Positions 53,759-62,318 of a stretch of 64,000 nt of DNA are shown here, piece after piece. The notes beneath the pieces are model-generated. The model was not told the origin of the DNA, made no database searches, and worked only from the letters and a program-made list of their open reading frames with translations. The stretch is from Candidatus Caldarchaeum sp. GTDB taxonomy: Archaea > Thermoproteota > Nitrososphaeria_A > Caldarchaeales > Caldarchaeaceae. The translations under genes were made by a program, and so were the position numbers. Position 1 is the first letter of the stretch; every line of letters starts with the position of its first letter. The DNA lies in NCBI GenBank assembly GCA_038890155.1, contig JAWAFZ010000001.1:74709-138708 (forward strand), in the 5' to 3' direction.

Positions 53759-54876
53759 AGCCGTTTGAGACGATGGAGGTTGGCAGCCTCAACAAGGCGC
53801 CGTTCATCTCGAAGGATGTTGAGCGGGCGGCGTCCGAGGCTGAGAGATGGGGAAGACGGCTCGAGGTCGAGAACTATGTTGGTCTAGTCGGGAAGATAAA
53901 AAGGAACGAGCTTACTGCTGAAGAGCTTGCTGACTGGGCTTGTCTTTACGGCTTGAGGTTCTTCGAGAAGGCTGGGCTCGACGTGGTTTACGACGGCGAG
54001 CAGAGGAGGATGGAGATGTACGAGTATCCCCTTCAGTTCGTTCAAGGCTTCGAGTTCAGAGGCGTGGTAAGGGTGTGGGACAACGAATACTACAGGAAGG
54101 CCGCGGTGGTAGACAGTCCACGGCTTTTGAAGCCCTACCACTTGGATGAGCTGAGGTTCAACAAGAGAAACGCTCGAAAACGCCTGAAGGTGCCCGTGAC
54201 TGCGGCTTACACCCTAGCAGACTGGTCTTTCGACGAACATTACATCAAGAAAGCTGTCGGCGAAGACTTCTATGAGAGACAGCAGAGGGCTAGGCACAGC
54301 TTCGTCCTAGACCTCGTCTCAAACGTCGTGAGGCCCGTCGTGCAGGCTTTAGACAGAGAGGGAGTGGATTACATCCAGCTCGACGAGCCGGCGGCAGCCA
54401 CCAAGCCCTACGAGGCAAGCCTCGTGGTGGAGAGCCTGAACGAGACCATCAAAGGCCTCCGCTCCAAGATAGCTGTCCACATCTGCTACACAAACTACGA
54501 GGCCCTGTTCCCGGCTCTCCTAGAGCTGAAGGCCGACGTCCTCTCGGTCTCATGCTCGAACGCCGACACGACGAGGCTGGGCGTTGACGATGATTCCAGG
54601 AGAGGCTTCAGAGTGCTGGAGAAGTTCAGCCAGTACTCCCTGCCTTTCAGAATCGCGCCGGGCGTCGTGGACGTGCACACAGACTTCGTCGAGAGCCCTG
54701 AGCTCGTCCGAGACAGGCTTCTCTATGCGGCTAGAGTTATGAAGGACCCGGGGCTGGTCGTTGCGTGCAACGACTGCGGCCTGAGGACGAGAAGGTGGGA
54801 CGTGGCTTTCGAGAAGCAGGTCAGCTTGGCGAAAGGCGCTCAGCTAGCACGCAGTAAGATAGAGCAGGGACGTTAG
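53755..54876 (+). CDS. metE: Cobalamin-independent methionine synthase, catalytic C-terminal-domain-like half (split MetE)
   Basis: Zn ligands H-x-C (AVHICYTNYE), Glu, and Cys in ACNDCGLRTRRW (cf. PDCGLKTR); ATGA overlap with the upstream half. Confidence 0.8.
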   Translation: MKPFETMEVGSLNKAPFISKDVERAASEAERWGRRLEVENYVGLVGKIKRNELTAEELADWACLYGLRFFEKAGLDVVYDGEQRRMEMYEYPLQFVQGFEFRGVVRVWDNEYYRKAAVVDSPRLLKPYHLDELRFNKRNARKRLKVPVTAAYTLADWSFDEHYIKKAVGEDFYERQQRARHSFVLDLVSNVVRPVVQALDREGVDYIQLDEPAAATKPYEASLVVESLNETIKGLRSKIAVHICYTNYEALFPALLELKADVLSVSCSNADTTRLGVDDDSRRGFRVLEKFSQYSLPFRIAPGVVDVHTDFVESPELVRDRLLYAARVMKDPGLVVACNDCGLRTRRWDVAFEKQVSLAKGAQLARSKIEQGR

Positions 54877-55358
54877 GAGGTTTTCTCCTCCGGCTTAGCC
54901 TGTGCCTGAGCAGCCGCCTTCCTCGAAACTCCTACAGTCATGCCGCTCCGGCCTGTCGTCCTCGTCCTCTGCCCCCTCACCTTGAGACCGAGAGAATGCC
55001 TAATCCCCTTCCAGCTCTTAGTCCTCATCATCGTCTGAATGTCCTCCTTGACAGCCAGGTCTAGGTCGGCTCCTATGAGATGTAGGTTCCTACCCGTGGA
55101 AGGGTCTCGGCTTCTGTTGAGCATCCAGCCCGGGATTCCATGGGCTTCGGGGTTCCTAGCTATTTGCTCCAGCTTCTCTATCTGCCTGTCGGTAAGCTGG
55201 CCTATGCGTGAGTCGGGGTCGATGCCCGAAACCCTGGCTATCGCGTACCCGAGGTTTACACCGATTCCCTTGACCCGTGCCAGGGCGTAGGGTATCTTCA
55301 GCGTGCCGTCTAAGTCTGTGTTCAGCACTCGAACAATGTACTTGAGCTCCGTCGACAT
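54873..55358 (-). CDS. rps13: Ribosomal protein S13 (uS13)
   Basis: RVLNTDLDG..KIPYALARVKGIGVNLGYAI; 161 aa. Confidence 0.85.
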   Translation of the reverse strand: MSTELKYIVRVLNTDLDGTLKIPYALARVKGIGVNLGYAIARVSGIDPDSRIGQLTDRQIEKLEQIARNPEAHGIPGWMLNRSRDPSTGRNLHLIGADLDLAVKEDIQTMMRTKSWKGIRHSLGLKVRGQRTRTTGRSGMTVGVSRKAAAQAQAKPEEKTS

Positions 55359-55412
55359 CCATCAGAAAAGCCCTCGACGTCTATATAAGCATGCAAACAA
55401 CCCTGTACCCCC

Positions 55413-56180
55413 ATGGGCCTGATGGAAGGCAAGAAAGTCCTAGTTTCGGGGGCCTCGGGAGGAATCGGCAAGGCTGTTGTCTTGGAGTTTCTACGGGAAG
55501 GAGCTTACGTCGCAGCCGGAGCCCGCCGTGTGGACGTTCTCAAAAACCTGATGGAAGAGGCGGGGGAGGAGGGTCGGAAACGTCTGGCCGTCGGATATCT
55601 CGACGTCTCGGACGAAAGCTCTGTCGCCGATTTTGTCGACGCAGCGGTGGGGAGGTTCGGCGGCGTGGACGCTCTGCTTAACGTGGCTGGCTACGTTATC
55701 GAGGGGAGTCTCTGGGGCAAAAGGCTCGTCGACCACACCGTCGAGGACTTGATGAAGGTCATGAGGGTAGACCTACTCGGCTCCTTCCTGATGGTCAAGC
55801 ACGTAATCCCGTCGATGGCTAGGAACTGGTCGGGCGTGATTGTCAACTTCGCCTCCACACCCCCTCTGACAGGCTACGACAAAGGTCTGGCCTACAGCTT
55901 GGCGAAAGCAGCTGTGATTGCGCTGACTAAGCACGTGGCCAGAGAGTACGGAGGCCGTGGAGTGAGAGCCTACACGCTTGCCCTCGGGAATATAGAGACG
56001 GAGGCCACGGTCTCGGCGACGTCGGTGGAGGAGTACTTGGAGCTGGCTAGGGAATGCCCCATGCAGCGCTGGGGAAGGCCTGAAGAGGTGGCTTCAGCTG
56101 CCTGCCTGCTGTGCTCCGACAAAGCCTCCTTCATCAACGGCCAGACGATAGTAGTGGACGGCGGCGCCGTGATGCTCTAA
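55413..56180 (+). CDS. Short-chain dehydrogenase/reductase (SDR)
   Basis: TGxxxGIG (SGASGGIGKAV), NAG (NVAG), catalytic YxxxK (YSLAKAA). Confidence 0.85.
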   Translation: MGLMEGKKVLVSGASGGIGKAVVLEFLREGAYVAAGARRVDVLKNLMEEAGEEGRKRLAVGYLDVSDESSVADFVDAAVGRFGGVDALLNVAGYVIEGSLWGKRLVDHTVEDLMKVMRVDLLGSFLMVKHVIPSMARNWSGVIVNFASTPPLTGYDKGLAYSLAKAAVIALTKHVAREYGGRGVRAYTLALGNIETEATVSATSVEEYLELARECPMQRWGRPEEVASAACLLCSDKASFINGQTIVVDGGAVML

Positions 56181-56234
56181 TCACTTCGGGAAAGCTTAAT
56201 AAACAGAAGGTGCGATGGATATTCTAGGGGTTCC

Positions 56235-56537
56235 ATGGCGATTCAGGGAATCGAGTGGATTGTAGTAGCGGTGGTAGTCCTTCTCCTTTTCCTCTGGGGG
56301 CCTGAGAAGCTTCCCAAGATAGCCCGTTCGATAGGACAGGCGAAGAAAGAGTTTGAGAAAGCTTCGAAGGGGTTTGAGGAGGAGATCAGCAAGGCTGCCT
56401 CCCTCCAGGCGTCGACCTCGTCTCCTCCCGACGACAAGCTGCTTGAAGTGGCTAGGGCTTTGAACATCCAGACCGAAGGGCTTACAAGGGACGAGATAGC
56501 CAAAGCCATCGTCGAGAAATCTCAGAAGACCGCATAA
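56235..56537 (+). CDS. tatA: Sec-independent translocase TatA/E
   Basis: N-terminal TM helix plus amphipathic helix (GPEKLPKIARSIGQAKKEF), 100 aa, upstream of tatC. Confidence 0.75.
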   Translation: MAIQGIEWIVVAVVVLLLFLWGPEKLPKIARSIGQAKKEFEKASKGFEEEISKAASLQASTSSPPDDKLLEVARALNIQTEGLTRDEIAKAIVEKSQKTA

Positions 56538-56569
56538 CATTATATTCCGTAAGCTTAGAGGATGGGGCG

Positions 56570-57433
56570 TTGAGCAGAGACAAGGAGATGCCCCTCATCG
56601 AGCATATCAGAGAGCTTAAAGACCGTGTAAAAGTAATAATAGTCTCGTTCATAATCGCCCTCATCTTCTGGCTGGCTTTTCCAGCCGACCTGTCGGCAGC
56701 CTCCATAAACCCAGAGTTCTACGAGCCGATGGTCTCGCTCGTACTGAAGCGAATAGTCAGCGACATAGGAGGCGGGAGGCTGACAATCATAGGCTGCAGC
56801 GTAACCTCCCCCTTCGAGATAATCTTCTTGGCGGCGGCTTTCCTAGCCATAGCCTCCGTCATGCCAGTCATAGGCTACGAGACCTACGCATACGTCGACC
56901 CAGCCCTGTACCCGCATGAAAGGAGGACGATTTACGGGTTCACGGCAGGCTTCTTCGGGCTGTTCTCAGCCGGCGCCTTGTTCGGCTACTTCGTGGCCGC
57001 CCCGCTGCTCATGAGGGCGATGGTCTTCTTCTTCGAGCTGGCGGGCATAAACCCAACCGTCTGCGCCATGGACTTCTACAGCCTCGTCTTCACAACGGTC
57101 TTACTCATAGGCGTTGTCTTCACCTCTCCCGCCGTACTAGTTGTCTTGGTTAGGTTCGGGCTTGTTAGAACCGAGTCGATAACCAAAAACAGGCTGTACA
57201 TCTACGGCCTGCTGTACATAGCCGTAGCCTTCATAACCCCTGACGGGTGGCTAGTCGGAAACGCGATACTATTCCTCCCGCTGGTTGCACTGATAGAGTC
57301 CTCAATCATCGTGGCTAGAAGGGTTGAAAGAAGCAGGGAGAATAGCGTGGACGTCGTGCGATGCAAGTTCTGCAGCTCAGCCATGAAGGAGGGGCAGGTC
57401 TTCTGCGCCAACTGCGGCAGGGCTCAGGAATGA
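56570..57433 (+). CDS. tatC: Sec-independent translocase TatC with C-terminal zinc ribbon
   Basis: 6-TM TatC core; C-terminal CKFC...CANCG zinc ribbon. Confidence 0.85.
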   Translation: MSRDKEMPLIEHIRELKDRVKVIIVSFIIALIFWLAFPADLSAASINPEFYEPMVSLVLKRIVSDIGGGRLTIIGCSVTSPFEIIFLAAAFLAIASVMPVIGYETYAYVDPALYPHERRTIYGFTAGFFGLFSAGALFGYFVAAPLLMRAMVFFFELAGINPTVCAMDFYSLVFTTVLLIGVVFTSPAVLVVLVRFGLVRTESITKNRLYIYGLLYIAVAFITPDGWLVGNAILFLPLVALIESSIIVARRVERSRENSVDVVRCKFCSSAMKEGQVFCANCGRAQE

Positions 57434-58023
57434 TACGCCCAGTAGGCGTAGATGTAGTAGGCCGAGTTGTTGACCGCGTGAACGATTATGGGCGGGGTCA
57501 GCGACTTCGACTTGTCCAAGCTGTAGGCGGTGAACAGGCCGATGAACAGCGTTGGGAGAAGCCTGTAAACATCTAGGTGAGCTACCGCGAATATCGTCGA
57601 GGAGGCGATTAGAGCCGTGGGTTGTCCCAGTGCGTTCCTGAGCTTTACGTGGATGAAGCCTCTAAACAAGATCTCCTCAGCCGGAGCGGTCAGCATGAAA
57701 GACAACAGGACGAATGCGGCTAGCTCCTCTAAGTTTTTCGGGGATAGACTTACCACGAGCTCAACATACCTCCTGTCAGGCGTGAAAGCAAGGGAGACCG
57801 CCAGAGAGGATGTGAAAGCTGCGGCGACAGCAGCGGGAGCTGTCTTGAAAGCTGTTCCGAGACCGGCCGGCCTGAGAAGAGACCTGTCGACCTTTCCGAG
57901 CAGCACGTAGACGGACGAGAGGAGGAGTAGAGAAAGCTGCGGTACCCAGACTCCCGTCAGGCCTACAAAGCTAGAGGCAGCTGAGGAGGTCTGGACAACG
58001 ACCACCGCTAGGCTGGCCGTCAT
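57424..58023 (-). CDS. CPBP (CAAX protease/bacteriocin-processing) family intramembrane metalloprotease
   Basis: EExxxR motif (AEEILFRGF) and FxxxH (FAVAHL) in TM helices; 199 aa. Confidence 0.7.
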   Translation of the reverse strand: MTASLAVVVVQTSSAASSFVGLTGVWVPQLSLLLLSSVYVLLGKVDRSLLRPAGLGTAFKTAPAAVAAAFTSSLAVSLAFTPDRRYVELVVSLSPKNLEELAAFVLLSFMLTAPAEEILFRGFIHVKLRNALGQPTALIASSTIFAVAHLDVYRLLPTLFIGLFTAYSLDKSKSLTPPIIVHAVNNSAYYIYAYWAYHS

Positions 58024-58051
58024 CAGCGCCGAGAGTAGAGCTTCATCCCTG

Positions 58052-58366
58052 CTAGACAGAGCTCCTCAGCCCTTTCAAAGTTCCGGAGACTTTGACGGTT
58101 CTAACAACTGTCTCTACCCCTCTAACCCTTCGCACGAGCGATGCAGCCAAAACCGCTCCGGGAACCCATTCGTTGTAGCATGAAACAATCAGTCGGCCGC
58201 CTACGGTCATGGTTTTGAAGCCCGACTCAGCCAGCCCTATCCTTCCATGGAGATTCTCGAAAACATCTTGGACGGCTTCAGCTACTGAGTCGATGCCAAC
58301 CTGCCCCGAATGCCTCACCAAGACGTAGCGTCTCTTCAACCTCAGAAGCTTCTCCGTCAAACACAC
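58052..58366 (-). CDS. rnp2: RNase P protein component 2 (Pop5)
   Basis: LRLKRRYVLVR...GLAESGFK...VSGTLKGLR parallels the Pop5 pattern (LRDKKRYIAFK...GVSGTIKRLK); 104 aa. Confidence 0.75.
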   Translation of the reverse strand: MCLTEKLLRLKRRYVLVRHSGQVGIDSVAEAVQDVFENLHGRIGLAESGFKTMTVGGRLIVSCYNEWVPGAVLAASLVRRVRGVETVVRTVKVSGTLKGLRSSV

Positions 58367-58974
58367 ATATCCTCCAACAACTTCAAAGGAATGGTTGAAA
58401 CCGAGTCGAGAACAGGGCTATCTACACCCTTCAGCGCCGCAAGAATGTAGCCCAGCTGTCGAGGTGGAAGCAGCTCTTCCTCGCGGGAGGCTCCGCTCGA
58501 GATGATTGTGGGAATTCCCACAGCGTCGGCGGCCTTGACAATCCTCATCAGGCTCCTCCACTTCCTGCCGTCGTTAAAGCACTCGATTATTTCGGCTACA
58601 GTTATCTCGAGGATGTTTTTAAAAACTTGGGCTACGTGCCTGTCGACATCGGCCATGCCGCCGTAAACCATCACCGTCCCAACACGCCCGTCCCTCGCAG
58701 CTACCATCAAAGCCTCACGAGTAAGCGGCTTGACGCAGACCAAAACATTCCTCTCTAGCCGACGAAGACGGCTGAGAAGATCCGTCCTCGACTCAACCTC
58801 CAAATACTCCTTCCTGTGGACGGTGATCCCCAGACTTGAAGCATCGTACACCCCTTCTCCAACCACGCATACGTGGCCGTAGCCCATTCCAGCCATGGTT
58901 GAAGCCATGCTCCTATCCATCCTCAACACATGCAAGTCTACGTATTTTCTAGGCATCTGTACATCTCTCTCCAA
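58357..58974 (-). CDS. rnp3: RNase P protein component 3 (Rpp30, PHP-like TIM barrel)
   Basis: About 205-aa Rpp30-like barrel (YVDLHV..., VGIPTIISSGA), adjacent to pop5. Confidence 0.75.
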   Translation of the reverse strand: MERDVQMPRKYVDLHVLRMDRSMASTMAGMGYGHVCVVGEGVYDASSLGITVHRKEYLEVESRTDLLSRLRRLERNVLVCVKPLTREALMVAARDGRVGTVMVYGGMADVDRHVAQVFKNILEITVAEIIECFNDGRKWRSLMRIVKAADAVGIPTIISSGASREEELLPPRQLGYILAALKGVDSPVLDSVSTIPLKLLEDMCV

Positions 58975-59339
58975 TCACCCACGTACGAGAACTCGAGCTT
59001 GACCGGGTCAACATCCGAGTCAGCTAGACTACCTTGGTAGGCTTTCTGCTTGTCGACCCGTAGATGAAGCCTACCCCCGCCGCCCGGCTTAGCCTCGACT
59101 CCCACCGCCCCGTAGCCTACATGCTTGACGACATTCCTGAAAACCTTCAACACATCGCCTTCATCGGCGACCGAGCACTCGACCACCGTGATAGGGTCGC
59201 CGTAGTGTCCCTCCACCACGTTCTTCTCGACGTTGAAGCCTACGCCTCCAAGCACGTTTTCAACGGCTTTCATCACCTTGTCCAAATCCTCCGTGGCGTA
59301 GCTGTGAACCCTGACTCTCAGCCGCATCAGCTTGAGCAT
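58938..59339 (-). CDS. COG1325/UPF0201-family predicted RNA-binding (exosome-associated) protein
   Basis: 133 aa; conserved archaeal neighbour of L15e and the RNase P subunits in the exosome superoperon. Confidence 0.55.
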   Translation of the reverse strand: MLKLMRLRVRVHSYATEDLDKVMKAVENVLGGVGFNVEKNVVEGHYGDPITVVECSVADEGDVLKVFRNVVKHVGYGAVGVEAKPGGGGRLHLRVDKQKAYQGSLADSDVDPVKLEFSYVGDWREMYRCLENT

Positions 59340-59412
59340 CCTGACCAGCTTCTCTCCGGGTCGCCATATAGGTTTTCAACTTTAAGAATAACCCCGAAAG
59401 CTGAATGTCAAG

Positions 59413-59847
59413 TTGACGTCGGTATACAGGCTGATTAACAAAGCTTGGAGAGAGAGGCCTGCGACGCTGGTGTCGTCCATCCGGTCTAGGATGGTCTCGT
59501 GGAGAAAGGAGAAGAGCGTCGTGCGTGCTGACAAGCCTCTCAGAATCGACAGGGCTAGGAGTTTAGGCTACCGCGCCAAGCCGGGCTACGTTGTGCTTAG
59601 GGTGAGGGTCAGGCGTGGAGGGTTCAGCAAGCCGAGGCCTAGGGCTGGAAGAAGGCCGAAAGCCATAGGCGTCGTCAGACACAAGGTAAACCTTTCGCTT
59701 GAGGAGGAAGCCATCCGCAGAGGTTTGAAGAAGTATCCCAACCTCAGGGCGTTGGGCGCCTATCCTCTCGCCGCAGACTCGCTCTACAAATGGTTTGAAG
59801 TCGTTGCTGTAGACCCCAGCCATCCAGCAGTCAAACTCAATAAATAA
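59413..59847 (+). CDS. rpl15e: Ribosomal protein L15e
   Basis: RIDRARSLGYRAKPGYVVLRVRVRRGG...FPNLRAL...EVVAVDPSHPA matches the L15e signature. Confidence 0.85.
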   Translation: MTSVYRLINKAWRERPATLVSSIRSRMVSWRKEKSVVRADKPLRIDRARSLGYRAKPGYVVLRVRVRRGGFSKPRPRAGRRPKAIGVVRHKVNLSLEEEAIRRGLKKYPNLRALGAYPLAADSLYKWFEVVAVDPSHPAVKLNK

Positions 59848-59872
59848 GGCGCGGCTGTGGGCCTGGTTCAGG

Positions 59873-61081
59873 ATGGAGCTGGCGGGCATAGTCGGGAAGC
59901 CTAACGTAGGCAAGAGCACGCTCTTCTCAGCTCTTAGCATGACGGAGGTCGAGATAGCCAACTATCCGTTCACAACCAAGAAGCCCAACGTCGGAATCAC
60001 ATACGTAAGGCTTGATTGCGTCTGCAAAAAACTCGGAGTCAAAGACAACCCACGAAACTCACTCTGCGTCGACGGCGTACGCCTCGCTCCCATCCAGATA
60101 ATAGACTGCCCGGGAATAATACACGAAGCTCACAAGGGAAAAGGCCTCGGCCTACAGTTCCTAGACGACATAAGGCAAGCCTCAGCCCTCATCGTGGTTG
60201 CTGATGCTTCAGGCGGAACCCTACTCGACGGAACTCCTGCCGAGCCCGGCTCCCACGACCCCGTTGAGGACGTCAAGCTCGTGCTGAACGAGTTCGACAT
60301 ATGGCTGCGAGACATCCTGGCAAGGCACTGGGCCCGGGTTTCGAGGGCGGCTGAGGCTAGGCAGGCGAGCTTCACGGCTGAGATAAGCAAGGCTCTTTCA
60401 GGACTGGGGATCGATGAGAAGAGTGTGATGGAGGCTGTCGCCCATCTGGGGCTTGACCTGCGCAAGCCGACGGGCTGGAGCTCGGCCGACTTGCTGAGGC
60501 TGTCCACGGAGCTGAGGGTTAGGACCAAGCCCGTTGTAGTGGCGGCTAACAAATGCGACGTCCCCGGGTCTGAGGCGAATGTGGAGAGGCTTCGGCAAGC
60601 AGGGTTCGACGTCGTCCCCTGCTCGGCCGAGGCCGAGAGAACTCTGAGGCTGGCTGCCTCGAGGGGTCTGGTCAGGTACATGCCCGGCGACAGCATCTTC
60701 ACAGTGTTGAAGGATGCGCAGCTTACCGAGGCGCAAAAAAGAGCCTTGGACAAGATTAGGGAGATAGTCTTCTCGAGGTGGGGCGGGACGGGGGTTCAGC
60801 AGCTTGTCAACAAAGCCTACTTGGAGAAGCTCGGCTACATACCGGTCTACCCGGTCGAGGACCCCAACAACCTGACCGACCACGACGGCAACGTCCTCCC
60901 GGACGTCTACTTGATGCCATCAGGGTCCACACCCAGAGACCTAGCCTACAAAATACACTCCGAGCTGGGCGAAGGCTACCTGTACGCAGTAGACGCCCTC
61001 ACAGGCTTGAGGCTGGCCGACGACAACCCCCTCAAGCCCGACCAAGTAGTCTCAATAGTATCTGCCGGAAGACGTGGCTAG
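59873..61081 (+). CDS. Obg-like P-loop GTPase with C-terminal TGS domain (YchF/DRG family)
   Basis: G1 GKPNVGKST, G2 YPFTT, G3 DCPG, G4 NKCD; Cys-containing insertion in the G domain; C-terminal TGS-like beta-grasp (AYKIHSELGEGYLYAVD). Confidence 0.75.
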   Translation: MELAGIVGKPNVGKSTLFSALSMTEVEIANYPFTTKKPNVGITYVRLDCVCKKLGVKDNPRNSLCVDGVRLAPIQIIDCPGIIHEAHKGKGLGLQFLDDIRQASALIVVADASGGTLLDGTPAEPGSHDPVEDVKLVLNEFDIWLRDILARHWARVSRAAEARQASFTAEISKALSGLGIDEKSVMEAVAHLGLDLRKPTGWSSADLLRLSTELRVRTKPVVVAANKCDVPGSEANVERLRQAGFDVVPCSAEAERTLRLAASRGLVRYMPGDSIFTVLKDAQLTEAQKRALDKIREIVFSRWGGTGVQQLVNKAYLEKLGYIPVYPVEDPNNLTDHDGNVLPDVYLMPSGSTPRDLAYKIHSELGEGYLYAVDALTGLRLADDNPLKPDQVVSIVSAGRRG

Positions 61082-61416
61082 AACCCCTCCCGGAAGTAGT
61101 GTCCAAGCTCCTTCCTCGAGCCGAAGCTCCTTATACCCTTCTCCTTCAGCTGGCTGAGAAGGATTTCAGCGTAATCCTTGGACAGCTCTCCACGAGAGAG
61201 CAGATATTCTACAACCTCCCTTCCCTGCTCGTCCGTGTCGCATCTCCGCAAATAGTCGATAACTGTCGGAGTCCTTGCCGAGGCCTCCTTCTCAGCCTCC
61301 GCCGAGCTCGTCCGCACACCTCCAACTCCAACCGAAGACTTCCCTCCACTAAGCTCCCGGTAGAGAGCTGGAAACCTTTTCTTAAACTCCTCGACGTCTA
61401 TCTCCATCCCGGTCAA
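61078..61416 (-). CDS. Hypothetical protein (112 aa, helical, charged)
   Basis: Coding-like composition and ATGA-type packing with rps3ae; no motif recognised. Confidence 0.4.
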   Translation of the reverse strand: MTGMEIDVEEFKKRFPALYRELSGGKSSVGVGGVRTSSAEAEKEASARTPTVIDYLRRCDTDEQGREVVEYLLSRGELSKDYAEILLSQLKEKGIRSFGSRKELGHYFREGF

Positions 61417-62018
61417 TCTGCCTGAGGCTGAGCTAGGTACTGTATCTTGCCGACTTTGATCACCTTGCTCTTGACGACGCCCACGTGTCTAGGAAGAACT
61501 ATTTTCTTCACTTGGTTATATATGTCTGAGGCTGTTTTACCGAGGACAAGCTCCTGCGCCAGCTGGTCGTGGGTGAGCTTCGAAGCAACATCTTCAACAA
61601 CCTTCATCATCAAAGCCCTCACGGCTTTTCTCTTGCTAGACGATGTGTGGGATGAAGTGAAAACAGTCGGGTAGACTCTCAGCCTGAACCCGTCCACTGT
61701 AGAGACGTCGAAGATGTACTCGATCTTGTTCGTGCCTCTCTTTATTAGGCTACGCAGGTACTCCCTGCCGTACTGATGGCCGTAGAATACGGTTTGGCAT
61801 GCGCTGTCCTTGACGTCCACGACTTTGAAGTTTAGAAGTATGTACTGCTTGGTGAAGTCGTCAGTTATGGCGTATAGGCTTGTCTTGAGAACTCTCCCAA
61901 CCACTTTGGAGGCGTCCTCAGCCATGGTGCTTCCAAGCCACTTGCCTCCGAAGTAGGGTGGAGCGTAGATGTCGAACTGCTTCTTAGGCTTCTTCGGCTC
62001 TGAAGTTTTCTTTGACAA
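61413..62018 (-). CDS. rps3ae: Ribosomal protein S3Ae (eS1)
   Basis: KKKQFDIYAPPYFGG... S3Ae N-terminus; 201 aa. Confidence 0.9.
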   Translation of the reverse strand: MSKKTSEPKKPKKQFDIYAPPYFGGKWLGSTMAEDASKVVGRVLKTSLYAITDDFTKQYILLNFKVVDVKDSACQTVFYGHQYGREYLRSLIKRGTNKIEYIFDVSTVDGFRLRVYPTVFTSSHTSSSKRKAVRALMMKVVEDVASKLTHDQLAQELVLGKTASDIYNQVKKIVLPRHVGVVKSKVIKVGKIQYLAQPQAD

Positions 62019-62033
62019 CCCTCCCTTACGCCC

Positions 62034-62318
62034 TCAACGGGTCTCTATATATTTGTCGCCCACCGTTCTATAGACCCTCTCCGACAGGCTGGCGCTGCCG
62101 AGGACGTCGTCTAGGGTGGCTAGGAAGGATGCGAACCCCCTCGTGCATTCAACCTCGACGACAACAGCTCTCCCCTCAAGCTTAGTGTCGACCGAGAGGC
62201 CTGTTGGAAGAGGTTTGTCGTCGGGCTTGAGGGACTGGTAGACGGTTGAAGCTGTCTCCTCGTCTTCGAAAACCATTCTAACCACTGATTTTATCAACGG
62301 TTTTTTCAAGCTGTTCAC
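62034..62318 (-). CDS. Pcc1-like KEOPS subunit (Pcc1/Pcc2 family), second copy
   Basis: 94 aa with the Pcc1 pattern (A.TVYQSLKPDDK......SVDTKLEGRAVVVEVECTRGFASFLATLDDVL); conserved position between the RecJ/GAN-like gene and S3Ae. Confidence 0.5.
   Translation of the reverse strand: MNSLKKPLIKSVVRMVFEDEETASTVYQSLKPDDKPLPTGLSVDTKLEGRAVVVEVECTRGFASFLATLDDVLGSASLSERVYRTVGDKYIETR

Noticed and set aside
59340-59412. Possible C/D-box sRNA between the COG1325 gene and rpl15e
   Set aside because: Only a loose CUGA-like element was found; no RUGAUGA C box or paired C'/D' motifs. More likely divergent promoters.
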